Shown one piece after another: positions 19,622-28,917 of a DNA stretch of 64,000 nt. The translations under genes and the position numbers were made by a program. The notes under the pieces were generated by a model that saw nothing but the letters and a program-made list of their open reading frames with translations, ran no database searches and was not told the origin of the DNA. Source of the DNA: Oxalobacter sp. (GTDB lineage Bacteria > Bacillota > Clostridia > Oscillospirales > Ruminococcaceae); the NCBI GenBank assembly GCA_963615785.1, contig CAVEID010000009.1, forward strand, positions 11,733 through 75,732, written 5' to 3'. Each line of letters starts with the position of its first letter. The stretch's first letter is position 1.

Positions 19622-20929
19622 ATGCAAAAGAAATATCTTGCCATCGACATTGGTGCATCCAGCGGACGGCACATTGTCGGATGGATGGAGAACGGCGTTC
19701 TCCGCACCGAGGAAGTGTACCGGTTCCCGAACAGTGTTCAGCGGGTGGACGGACATCTGGAATGGGACATCGACAGCCTGTTTGCCAATGTGAAGAACGG
19801 CATCCGGGAAGCCTTTGCAAAGTATCCGACCATCGAGAGCCTTTCCATTGATACATGGGCCGTTGATTATGTGCTGCTGAAAAACGATCAGCCGATTTAT
19901 CCGGTCTACGCCTACCGCGACAGCCGGACGCAGGCAGTCATTCCCGAAGTCCACAGCATCCTGCCGTTTGAAACGCTCTATGCGCGCACCGGCATCCAGT
20001 TCCAGCCTTTCAACAGCATCTACCAACTGTACGCCGACAAAAAGGCCGGACGGCTGGCACAGGCCGAGGATTTTCGGATGATCCCGGAATACCTGCTCTG
20101 GAAACTCTGCGGCGTAAAGGCTCGTGAGTACACCAACGCCACCTCCACCGGCCTTGTCAATGCGCAGACCAAGGAGTACGACCCGGAGATTTTGAAGGCT
20201 CTGGGTCTGCCGGAAGCCATGTTCCCTAAGCTGACCGTTCCCGGCACCGTGCTGGGGCCGCTGAAAGCGGACATTGCCGCCGAGGTGGGTGGGCAGACCA
20301 ACGTAGTTCTGTGTGCCACCCATGACACGGCCAGTGCTGTGGAGGGCATCCCGATGGAGCAGGGCGATGCACCGTTCCTCTCCTCCGGCACATGGAGCCT
20401 GCTGGGTGTCAAGCTGGCAAACCCTGTCACCACCCCGGAAAGCTGCAAGGCCAACTTTACCAATGAGGGTGGAGTAGGGTATATCCGCTACCTAAAAAAC
20501 ATCATGGGCCTGTGGATCATCCAGTGTGTGCAGAAGCAGCTGGGCATCTCCTTTGCAGAGATGGTGGAACTGGCCAAGACCAGCACCTACACCCGCATTT
20601 TTGATGTGAACGAAGCCCGTTTCTCCGCGCCGCAGGACATGAGCGCAGAGATTCGCGCCGCTCTTGCTGAAACGGGTGACGCTCCTGCTACGGATGCCGA
20701 CCTCATCAACAGCATCTATCATTCGCTGGCCTATTGCTATGGCGAAGCCTATCGTGAGATGGAAGCCGTGACCGGCCAGCATTGGGATAAGCTGTACATC
20801 GCGGGCGGCGGCGCAAAGAACGCCACCCTGAACGAACTAACCGCCCACTACACCGGAAAGCAGGTCGTGGCTCTGCCCATCGAGGCAACGGCCATCGGCA
20901 ATTTGAAGATCCAGATGAACATTCACTGA
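19622..20929 (+). CDS. rhaB: Rhamnulokinase (FGGY family)
   Basis: ATG at 19622 with RBS AGGAGG. Starts MQKKYLAIDIGASSGRHIVG. FGGY N- and C-domains are present (GGGAKNATLNELTA). Sits within the rhamnose cluster. Confidence 0.85.
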   Translation: MQKKYLAIDIGASSGRHIVGWMENGVLRTEEVYRFPNSVQRVDGHLEWDIDSLFANVKNGIREAFAKYPTIESLSIDTWAVDYVLLKNDQPIYPVYAYRDSRTQAVIPEVHSILPFETLYARTGIQFQPFNSIYQLYADKKAGRLAQAEDFRMIPEYLLWKLCGVKAREYTNATSTGLVNAQTKEYDPEILKALGLPEAMFPKLTVPGTVLGPLKADIAAEVGGQTNVVLCATHDTASAVEGIPMEQGDAPFLSSGTWSLLGVKLANPVTTPESCKANFTNEGGVGYIRYLKNIMGLWIIQCVQKQLGISFAEMVELAKTSTYTRIFDVNEARFSAPQDMSAEIRAALAETGDAPATDADLINSIYHSLAYCYGEAYREMEAVTGQHWDKLYIAGGGAKNATLNELTAHYTGKQVVALPIEATAIGNLKIQMNIH

Positions 20930-20951
20930 TTTTATAAAGGAGGATTTTCCC

Positions 20952-22370
20952 ATGCTCGTTGAAACCAAAGCCCGCGTTGGCGTGTTTGCCATTGCTCTGG
21001 GTGCTTATCTGCCCCAGTTCCCGACCCTCGTGCCCGAATTTGAGCAGCAGTACGCCGACTTCAAAAAGACAATTCCCGACACCGTGGAAGTCATTGACGG
21101 CGGCATCGTCACCACCAAGGAACTGTCCGTGGCCGCAGGCGATAAGTTCCGCGCCGCAGACGTTGATCTGGTCATTTTGCAGCTGCTGACCTACGCCACT
21201 TCTTACAATATGCTGCCCGCCGTGCGCGACCTGAACGTGCCGGTGGTTCTGGTGAACGTTCAGAAGAAGAAAGCCCCGGACTACGCCAATACGGACACCC
21301 CCACTTGGCTGGGCGAACTGTACGCCTGCGGTGCAGTTGGCGAGATGGTGGCTGACTTGGAACGCGCTGGCAAACGTCATGCGGTCATCACTGGCGTTGT
21401 CGAGGGCGGCGACCCGCAGGTGCAGGCCGAAATCGAGGACTGGTGCCGTGCCGCACAGGTGCGCCGCCGCTTCCGTGACACCAATCTGGCACAGATCGGT
21501 CGTCCGTACCCCGGCATGATGGACTTGTACATCGATGAAACCAACCTGTACAACCGGATGTTCCTCTACACCAAGCAGTTCGACTGGGAGAAGATGTGGG
21601 CCATCGCCGACAACATCACCGACGAAAACGCCATTCGTGCCAAGGCACAGGATATTCTGGACACCTTCGACATTGAGGGCGGCGGCACCATCGAAAAGGT
21701 CTGGGATATGGCAAAGTATGTCGTGGCCTTTGAGCAGTGGGTCAAGGACGAGAAGATCGCGTTCATCGCTTCCCACTATGACGGCTTTGCACAGGGCAAG
21801 GCCGGTGTGCTGGACAGTATGCTGATCCCGGCCTTCTCCATGCTCATCAAGCAGGGCGTGGCCTGTGCGGTCGAGGGCGACATCAAAGTTTCCATGGCTA
21901 TGAGCATCCTCAAGACCATTGCAGGCTGCGGCCAGCTGAGCGAGATGTACTCCATTGACTTCGATGAGGACATCTGCATCATCGGCCACTCCGGTTCCGG
22001 TGACGCCGATATTTCCGAGAAGAAGCCTACCATGAAGATCGTGCCCGTGTTCCACGGAAAGACCGGCGGCGGCTACCTGACCCAGTTCTACCCCCACCTT
22101 GGCCCCGTGACCTATCTGGGCATCACGCAGGACAAGGACGGTCACTTCAAGTTCGTGGTGGCCGAGGGCGTGAACGAACCCGGCCCCATCTTCACCTTTG
22201 GCGACACCAATATGCGCACTCGCTTCACCTGCGGCGCACGGGAGTTCTGCAACCGCTGGAGCGAGGCTGGCCCCACCCACCACATGGCTGCGGCTTCTGG
22301 CCGTCACATTGACACCATTCTGAAAGTGGCAAAAATCTTCAATGTTCCTGTGGACATCATCACCCGATAA
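20952..22370 (+). CDS. Sugar isomerase of the L-arabinose/L-fucose isomerase superfamily; by context a candidate L-rhamnose isomerase
   Basis: 472 aa, RBS AAAGGAGG. Segments VEGDIKVSMAMSIL, IIGHSGSGD and GPTHHMAAASG parallel E. coli AraA GEGDWKTAALLRIM, LGSHMLEV and GGAHHTVFS (from memory). Located between rhaB and rhaD. Shows no resemblance to E. coli-type RhaA. Confidence 0.6.
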   Translation: MLVETKARVGVFAIALGAYLPQFPTLVPEFEQQYADFKKTIPDTVEVIDGGIVTTKELSVAAGDKFRAADVDLVILQLLTYATSYNMLPAVRDLNVPVVLVNVQKKKAPDYANTDTPTWLGELYACGAVGEMVADLERAGKRHAVITGVVEGGDPQVQAEIEDWCRAAQVRRRFRDTNLAQIGRPYPGMMDLYIDETNLYNRMFLYTKQFDWEKMWAIADNITDENAIRAKAQDILDTFDIEGGGTIEKVWDMAKYVVAFEQWVKDEKIAFIASHYDGFAQGKAGVLDSMLIPAFSMLIKQGVACAVEGDIKVSMAMSILKTIAGCGQLSEMYSIDFDEDICIIGHSGSGDADISEKKPTMKIVPVFHGKTGGGYLTQFYPHLGPVTYLGITQDKDGHFKFVVAEGVNEPGPIFTFGDTNMRTRFTCGAREFCNRWSEAGPTHHMAAASGRHIDTILKVAKIFNVPVDIITR

Positions 22371-22403
22371 TTAAGTTTGAAGAAGAAAAGAGAGGTATTT
22401 ATC

Positions 22404-23231
22404 ATGGGAATTCTGGATGTTGAGATCGTAAAAGGCTTTATGCGGATGTGCAACGACGGCTGGCTTCAGGGCTGGCACGAGCGCAACGGCGGCAACCTGA
22501 CCTACCGCATGAAGGAAGAAGAAGTGGCCGAGTGCCGCCCCTTCTTCAACGCACAGCCCCGCGAATGGGTGAACATGGGTGTGCAGGCCGACAATCTGGC
22601 CGGTGAATACTTCATCACCACCGGTTCCGGCAAGTTCTTCCGCAACGTGGAACTGGACCCCGTCCACAGCATCGGCATTGTGGAGATCAACGACAAGGGC
22701 GACAGCTGGCGCATCGTCTGGGGTCTGGAAGACGGCGCAAAGCCCACCAGTGAGTTCCCCAGCCACTTCATGAACCACAGTGTCCGCAAGGCTGCGACCA
22801 ACGGCGCAAACCGCGTCATCTACCATTGCCACGCCACCAACGTGATTGCGCTGACTTACATTCTGCCCCTGACCGACCGCGACTTCACCCGTGCCCTGTG
22901 GCAGAGTGCCACCGAGTGTCCGGTGGTGTTCCCGGAAGGTGTGGGTGTCTGCCCGTGGATGGTGCCCGGTGGCGCAGACATCGCCATGGCAACCAGCGAG
23001 CTGATGAAGACCTATCAGGCAGCAATCTGGGCACAGCACGGCCTGTTCGCTTCCGGCCCGGACTTCGACATTACCTTCGGTCTGGCTCACACCATTGAAA
23101 AAAGTGCCGAAATTTACGTCAAGGTGCTGAGCATGGGCGGCGGTCTGATTCGCCAGACCATCACCGATGACGCACTGCGTGCCATTGCTCGTGACTTCGG
23201 CGTGACCCTGAACGAGAACTTCCTCGACTAA
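22404..23231 (+). CDS. rhaD: Rhamnulose-1-phosphate aldolase (class II aldolase)
   Basis: [36 protein letters not shown] parallels E. coli RhaD ..[22 protein letters not shown]. About 275 aa. I prefer the ATG at 22404. Confidence 0.85.
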   Translation: [275 protein letters not shown]

Positions 23232-23241
23232 GGAGCAGAAC

Positions 23242-23559
23242 ATGGAACACATGGCATGGAAGGGCCGCATCAAGCCCGGCTGCAAGGCCGAATACCAGAA
23301 GCGTCACAATGAGATCTGGCCGGAAATGGTCAAGGTGCTGAAAGACGCCGGTATCTGCAATTACAGCATCTTCTACTGCAACGATGAACTGTTCGGTTAC
23401 TATGAGTGCGAAAAGGGCGTGGCCTACGCCGAAAAGGTGCAGGCTGAAAGCCCGGTGGTTGACCGCTGGAACGAGTATATGAAAGACATCCTCGAACTGG
23501 AAATGGACCCCGTGACCGGCGCACAGCCCAAGCTGGAGCAGGTGTTCCGGCTGGATTAA
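23242..23559 (+). CDS. rhaM: L-rhamnose mutarotase
   Basis: 105 aa with the pattern KPGCKAEYQKRHNEIWPEMVKVLKDAG..NYSIF typical of the RhaM/YiiL family. Last gene of the rha operon. Confidence 0.85.
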   Translation: MEHMAWKGRIKPGCKAEYQKRHNEIWPEMVKVLKDAGICNYSIFYCNDELFGYYECEKGVAYAEKVQAESPVVDRWNEYMKDILELEMDPVTGAQPKLEQVFRLD

Positions 23560-23587
23560 GCGACACTGTTCGATAAAAAGATTGACA

Positions 23588-23625
23588 AGAGCCATCCGTA
23601 ATAAGAACACGGGTGGCTCTTTTTG
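23588..23625 (+). terminator. Rho-independent terminator after rhaM
   Basis: Stem AGAGCCATCCG / CGGGTGGCTCT (one G-U) followed by TTTTTG. Confidence 0.75.
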
Positions 23626-23884
23626 CTTGCGTTCAAACAATGTTGCACGTTTCAAAAGCACCAACGAATATAAAAAATTATTTATATGTAGAAAAATAGC
23701 CAAAAACATTGTATGATTTAACAAAACAATGTTAAAAAGAACAAAATTGTATACAACACAAGCGCAAGATTGTTTGAATTTTTGACTTCATTCGCAATTC
23801 TTTGCGAGAAAGTCCGCCCAAGAGCCGCTATACTTATAACCAGAAAGTTGCACCGGAAAAGCGAAAACTTTAGGAGGAATGACA

Positions 23885-24919
23885 ATGAAAAAGACATCAA
23901 AAATCTTGTTGACCGTCATTGTCGTCGTGCTGCTGGGAATTGGAATTTCCACCTTTTTCAAGGTAAACGGCAGTATTGGCAGTGACAAGATCCAGCTCCG
24001 GCTGGCACACGGTCAGGCGGGCGATTCCGAGATCGGCGGCACGATCGCGTATCTGTCCGATCTGGTGGCCGAAGATGAGAGCATGAACATGGAAGTTTCC
24101 ATCTACCCCAGCGGTGTTCTGGGTTCCGAAACTGCCATGGTCGAACTGGTACAGGCCGGCGTTCTGGACATGGCAAAAATCAGTGCCGGTACGCTGGGGC
24201 AGTTTGATGACCGCTACACCATCTTCTCGCTCCCGTATCTGTTCAAAGGGCAGGAGCATTACTACAATGCAATGGCAAACAGTGAAGCCATCCGCGAACT
24301 GTTCAACGCCACGGAAGATGCCGGCTATATCGCGATCGGATATTATTGCAACGGTGCGCGCAACTTCTATCTGAAAGACGATGTGGCAGTTACTTCTCCC
24401 GCCGTGCTGAAAGGCAAAAAGATTCGTTCCATGGTCAGCTCCACTTCCATGGATATGATCGAAGCTATGGGCGGTTCTCCCGTTCCCATGTCCGCAAGCG
24501 AGACCTACACCTCTCTGCAGCAGGGCATCGTGGACGGTGCCGAGAACACCGAACTGGCTCTGACCGTTGATAAGCACGAGGAGATCGTCAAGTCCTACAC
24601 CTACACCGAGCATCAGTACACCCCCGACATCTACATCATCAGCACCAAGGTCTGGAACAAACTCTCCAAGGAGCAGCAGGATTATCTGCTGGAGTGCTTC
24701 AGCAAGCTGAATGACAACTTTGTGCAGAAGTACAATCAGATGATGGACGATGCCATGGTTGAGGCAGAAAGCTACGGTGTCCATGTTTACCGTGACATCG
24801 ACAAGACTCCGTTTATCGAAGCTGTGCAGCCCATTCACCAGAACTTCCTTGCAAAAGGCGAGTCCTACCAGAAGCTGTACGATGATATCCAGAGCTATGC
24901 GGAGGATACAGACAAATGA
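23885..24919 (+). CDS. dctP: TRAP transporter substrate-binding protein (DctP family)
   Basis: Signal/anchor KILLTVIVVVLLGIGIS and DctP-type fold. RBS AGGAGG fits the ATG at 23885. Followed by the Q and M subunits. Confidence 0.8.
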   Translation: MKKTSKILLTVIVVVLLGIGISTFFKVNGSIGSDKIQLRLAHGQAGDSEIGGTIAYLSDLVAEDESMNMEVSIYPSGVLGSETAMVELVQAGVLDMAKISAGTLGQFDDRYTIFSLPYLFKGQEHYYNAMANSEAIRELFNATEDAGYIAIGYYCNGARNFYLKDDVAVTSPAVLKGKKIRSMVSSTSMDMIEAMGGSPVPMSASETYTSLQQGIVDGAENTELALTVDKHEEIVKSYTYTEHQYTPDIYIISTKVWNKLSKEQQDYLLECFSKLNDNFVQKYNQMMDDAMVEAESYGVHVYRDIDKTPFIEAVQPIHQNFLAKGESYQKLYDDIQSYAEDTDK

Positions 24920-25386
24920 AAGTTTTGAATAAGATTTTGAGTTCCGTTCTTGCCTTTATGGTGGCGGCGATGGTCGTTGTCTGCTGCTGGCAGGTCATTA
25001 CCCGCTTCGTACTGGACAATCCCAGCAAATACACCGAAGAGATCCTGCGTTTCGCACTGATTTGGCTGACCATGCTGGGGGCACCGTATGCCTACGGTGC
25101 CAAGCAGCATCTGGCCATCGACCTGCTGGTCAAGGGTTTTGAACCCGCTGGTCAGCACCGCACCCAGATCTTTGTAGAGTTCGTTGTTCTGGCACTGAGT
25201 GCTGCGGTCTTTGTGGCAGGCGGCATCGCCGTCACGATGAACGCCCACGGTCAGATTTCGGCAGCAATGAAGCTGCCCATGGAGTGTTACTACGCCTGCA
25301 TCCCCATCGGCGGTGCGCTGATGATCCTTTACAGCCTGAACAATCTGTATCATCTCTTCCGGGATAAAAACAAGGAGGTCGCTTAA
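24916..25386 (+). CDS. dctQ: TRAP transporter small permease (DctQ family)
   Basis: 156 aa, 4 TM, overlaps the dctP stop (ATGA). Confidence 0.8.
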   Translation: MKVLNKILSSVLAFMVAAMVVVCCWQVITRFVLDNPSKYTEEILRFALIWLTMLGAPYAYGAKQHLAIDLLVKGFEPAGQHRTQIFVEFVVLALSAAVFVAGGIAVTMNAHGQISAAMKLPMECYYACIPIGGALMILYSLNNLYHLFRDKNKEVA

Positions 25387-26700
25387 ATGGAACTGCAAGC
25401 CGCTATCCTTCTGGTGGTCAGCTTCGCGCTGCTGCTGATGTTCAGCGTCCCTGTTTCGTACAGCATCGTTGCATCTGCATTCATCACCATCACCGCTTTC
25501 CTGACCCCGCAATTCGGTATGTTCGTTTCCGCCCAGAAAGTCATCGCGGGCATTGACAGTCTGTCCTTGATTGCCGTTCCGTTCTTTATCTTAGCCGGTC
25601 TGCTGATGAGCAACGGCGGCATCGCACACCGATTGGTTGACTTAGCCATGCTGGTTCTGCGCCGGGTGCCCGGTGCGCTGGCTCTGACCAACGCCGCTGG
25701 CAACGCAATGTTCGGTTCCATTTCTGGTTCTGGTATCGCAGCTGCTACCGCAATCGGCGGCGTTATGCTCCCCATGGAAAAAGAGGAAGGCTATGACGAA
25801 GGCTTCTCCGCTGCCATGAACGTGGCCACCGCTCCGGTCGGCCAGCTGATTCCTCCTACGACTGCATTTATCGTCTACTCCACCGCAAGCGGCGGCACTT
25901 CCGTTGCCACCCTGTTCATGGCCGGCTGGATTCCCGGTCTGCTCTGGACTGCTGCCTGCATGGTCGTTGGTTATTTCATCGCAAAGAAGTACGGCTACAT
26001 CCGCAAGGGTGAGAAAGCCCAAAAGTTGAGTGCCAGTGAAACCTTACAGACCATCTGGCGCGCCATCCCCAGCCTGCTGCTCATCGTTATCATCATCGGC
26101 GGCATCCTGTCCGGTGTGTTCAGCCCCACGGAGGCCTCTGCCGTGGCCGTTGCTTATGCCTTTATCCTGTCAGTTTTCATCTACAAATCCATCAACCTGA
26201 AGGATATTCCCCGTATTCTGGTGCAGACCGCAAACATGACCACCGTTGTTATGCTCATCATCGGTGCATCTTCTGTCCTGAGCTTTGTTCTGAGCTTCAC
26301 CGGCCTGCCCGCTGCTATCAGCAAGATGGTTCTGGGCATCTCCGACAACAAGTACGTCCTGCTGCTCATCCTGAACATCTTCCTGCTGATCGTCGGCACC
26401 TTTATGGATATGGCACCGGCTCTGCTGATCTTCACCCCGATCTTCCTGCCCATTGTCCGCACCTTTGGCATGAGTGATGTGCAGTTCGGTGTTATGATGG
26501 TCATGAATCTGGCCGTTGGCACCATCACTCCTCCCGTTGGCAACGTCCTGTTCGTGGGCTGCTCGCTGGCAAAGCAGCGTCTGGAGAACGTGATGAAGAG
26601 TCTGGTTCCGTTCTTCGTGGCAATTTTCATCTCCCTGATGCTGGTTACTTACGTTCCCGCTCTGAGCGAGTGGCTGCCTACCACGCTGGGCCTGATGTAA
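25387..26700 (+). CDS. dctM: TRAP transporter large permease (DctM family)
   Basis: 437 aa, about 12 TM, starts 1 nt after the dctQ stop. Confidence 0.85.
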   Translation: MELQAAILLVVSFALLLMFSVPVSYSIVASAFITITAFLTPQFGMFVSAQKVIAGIDSLSLIAVPFFILAGLLMSNGGIAHRLVDLAMLVLRRVPGALALTNAAGNAMFGSISGSGIAAATAIGGVMLPMEKEEGYDEGFSAAMNVATAPVGQLIPPTTAFIVYSTASGGTSVATLFMAGWIPGLLWTAACMVVGYFIAKKYGYIRKGEKAQKLSASETLQTIWRAIPSLLLIVIIIGGILSGVFSPTEASAVAVAYAFILSVFIYKSINLKDIPRILVQTANMTTVVMLIIGASSVLSFVLSFTGLPAAISKMVLGISDNKYVLLLILNIFLLIVGTFMDMAPALLIFTPIFLPIVRTFGMSDVQFGVMMVMNLAVGTITPPVGNVLFVGCSLAKQRLENVMKSLVPFFVAIFISLMLVTYVPALSEWLPTTLGLM

Positions 26701-26725
26701 ACCGTCTGCTCCACTGCGCAAATGC

Positions 26726-26754
26726 TTGTCAAACCTGAACAGATATGACATAAT
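26726..26754 (+). promoter_or_regulatory. Sigma-A type promoter upstream of the AraC regulator
   Basis: TTGTCA - 17 nt - CATAAT. Confidence 0.5.
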
Positions 26755-26820
26755 CAAGGCGAAGGTTCCTGCGGCAATTGCCGCAGGGATGCCGCCTGTT
26801 CAGGAGAAAAGGAGCATTTC

Positions 26821-27747
26821 ATGGAAACAACATGGCTGCACAGCATGGTTCAGGGCGATGCGACCCAATATTACCGCAAACGAAACGGCATTATGGTGGA
26901 ACACATGGTTCGTCCGGCAAACTTTGATATGCGGTACAACCACTTCCATCAGGAGTACGAAATTTATCTCCTGCTCCGTGGGCGACGGCAGATGTTCTTT
27001 GAGAACCGCGCCTATGAAGCACAGGCCGGAAACATGATCCTCGTGGACAGCGGCCAGATCCATATGTCCCATTCTATTGTGGGTGACCCGGAGTCCGAGT
27101 ATGAGCGTGTGATCCTCTATGTAGACCGGGATATTGTGGAAAAGGTCGATAAGATGTTCCCGGAACTGAAGATCGGTGCGTTCTTCCACAAGCACTACGG
27201 CATTTACGAACTGACCCCGAAGCAGACAGCGAATACCAGTCGGTTGTTTCTGCAAATCATGGAGGAACTGGACAAGGCAGAGCCTATGAGCCAGACCGCT
27301 ATCCTTTCGGAGTTGATTCTGGGCTTCATCCACTTCCGGCGCAGCAATCAGCAGGTCGCCTGTCTGAATGATGTGCAGGAGGGCAAGGCAAGCGGCGGAA
27401 AGTTCGATGCCGTTTATCAGGTCGCCGATTATATTTCCGACCACTTTCAGGAATCGCTCTCGCTGGACAGCCTTGCCGAGCAGTTTTACATCAGCAAGTA
27501 TTATCTGAGCCGTTCCTTTCATGAAGTGACTGGCTTCGGCATCAACGAATACGTCAACATCCTGCGGGTAAAAAAGGCGCAGAGCCTGTTGGAAACAACA
27601 ACGCTTTCTGTTTCCGAGATTGCAAGCCGTACCGGGTTTGAGAGCATCACCTATCTGGGACGTGTGTTCAAAAAATATCAGCACGTCACACCTGCGCAAT
27701 ATCGCAAATCGCTTACTTCAACTAATCAAAACAGCACAGATAAATGA
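26821..27747 (+). CDS. AraC family transcriptional regulator (cupin + HTH)
   Basis: Cupin-like N-terminus (HFHQEYEIYLLLRG..). The C-terminal AraC HTH pair reads SKYYLSRSFHEVTGFGINEYVNILRVKKAQSLL..IASRTGFESITYLGRVFKKYQHVTPAQYRK. Confidence 0.85.
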   Translation: METTWLHSMVQGDATQYYRKRNGIMVEHMVRPANFDMRYNHFHQEYEIYLLLRGRRQMFFENRAYEAQAGNMILVDSGQIHMSHSIVGDPESEYERVILYVDRDIVEKVDKMFPELKIGAFFHKHYGIYELTPKQTANTSRLFLQIMEELDKAEPMSQTAILSELILGFIHFRRSNQQVACLNDVQEGKASGGKFDAVYQVADYISDHFQESLSLDSLAEQFYISKYYLSRSFHEVTGFGINEYVNILRVKKAQSLLETTTLSVSEIASRTGFESITYLGRVFKKYQHVTPAQYRKSLTSTNQNSTDK

Positions 27748-27757
27748 GGTGTTTTTT

Positions 27758-28885
27758 GTGGCAAACGAAATCAAAAAAGAACTGATCCAGAAGAAGCTGG
27801 ATCTCGTCATTCAGAAGCTGATGCACCTTGGTGCCCCCGAAAACGAGGACACTTTGAAAGAAGGCGGCGAGGCCATCGGATTTTTCAGCCGTGACTTCGG
27901 CATCAAGGAGTGGGACTGGCCGCAGGGCATCGGACTGTACGGACTGCTCAAAATCGCCAAGATGCAGGATTCGGAGGAATACCGCACCTTCCTGCACGAC
28001 TGGTTTAAGGAGAACATTGCGCAGGGTCTGCCTTCCCGCAATATCAACACGACTACTCCGCTGCTGACTCTGTGTGAACTGAACGAGATCTACCACGACC
28101 CTGAGTTTGAAGCCCTTTGTCTGGATTGGGCAAAGTGGCTGATGGAGTGCATCCCGCGTACCCGTGAGGGTGGTTTCCAGCACGTCACCAGTGCCAACGG
28201 CGACCGTCAGGGCGTTCGCCTGAACGAGAGTGAGATGTGGATCGACACTCTGTTCATGACGGTGCTGTTCCTCAATCGGATGGGCCAGAAGTACGACAAG
28301 CAGGAGTGGATCGATGAATCCATCAAGCAGGTGCTGATGCACATCAAGTATCTGTACGATACCCACACCGGCCTGTTCTTCCACGGCTGGTCGTTCAACC
28401 GGATGGACAACTTCGGCGGCGTGTTCTGGTGCCGCGGCAACAGCTGGTTCACGCTGGGCATTCTGGACTATCTGGATATGTTCAAGGGTACTCTGAATCA
28501 GGGCGTCAAGGCGTTCATTCTGGACACCTACAAAGCACAGGTGCGCGCGCTGCGTGACCTGCAGGGCGAGGATGGTCTGTGGCACACAGTTCTGGATGAC
28601 CCCACCAGCTACGAGGAAACTTCCGGTTCCGCTGCCATCACCGCAGGCATCCTGAAGGGCATCCGCATGGGGATTCTGGATGATTCCTACCTGCCTTGCG
28701 CCCAGAAAGCCATCCGCGCCATCCTCAAGAACATCGACACCGATGGCACAGTGCTGAAAGTGTCCGGCGGCACCGGCATGGGCTATGACCGCGACCACTA
28801 CAAGAACATTCTGATTGCTCCCATGGCATACGGCCAGTCGCTGACCATTCTTGCACTGGTGGAAGCACTGGAAACCTTTGAATAA
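27758..28885 (+). CDS. GH105/GH88-family unsaturated uronyl hydrolase (YteR-like), second copy
   Basis: GTG at 27758 is in frame. Contains DWPQGIGLYGLLK, MWIDTLFMTVLFL, WCRGNSWF and GLWHTVLDD, characteristic of the (alpha/alpha)6 family. No signal peptide. Confidence 0.75.
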   Translation: MANEIKKELIQKKLDLVIQKLMHLGAPENEDTLKEGGEAIGFFSRDFGIKEWDWPQGIGLYGLLKIAKMQDSEEYRTFLHDWFKENIAQGLPSRNINTTTPLLTLCELNEIYHDPEFEALCLDWAKWLMECIPRTREGGFQHVTSANGDRQGVRLNESEMWIDTLFMTVLFLNRMGQKYDKQEWIDESIKQVLMHIKYLYDTHTGLFFHGWSFNRMDNFGGVFWCRGNSWFTLGILDYLDMFKGTLNQGVKAFILDTYKAQVRALRDLQGEDGLWHTVLDDPTSYEETSGSAAITAGILKGIRMGILDDSYLPCAQKAIRAILKNIDTDGTVLKVSGGTGMGYDRDHYKNILIAPMAYGQSLTILALVEALETFE

Positions 28886-28917
28886 TATTTCACTGACCTT
28901 TATGGAGGACTACTATT

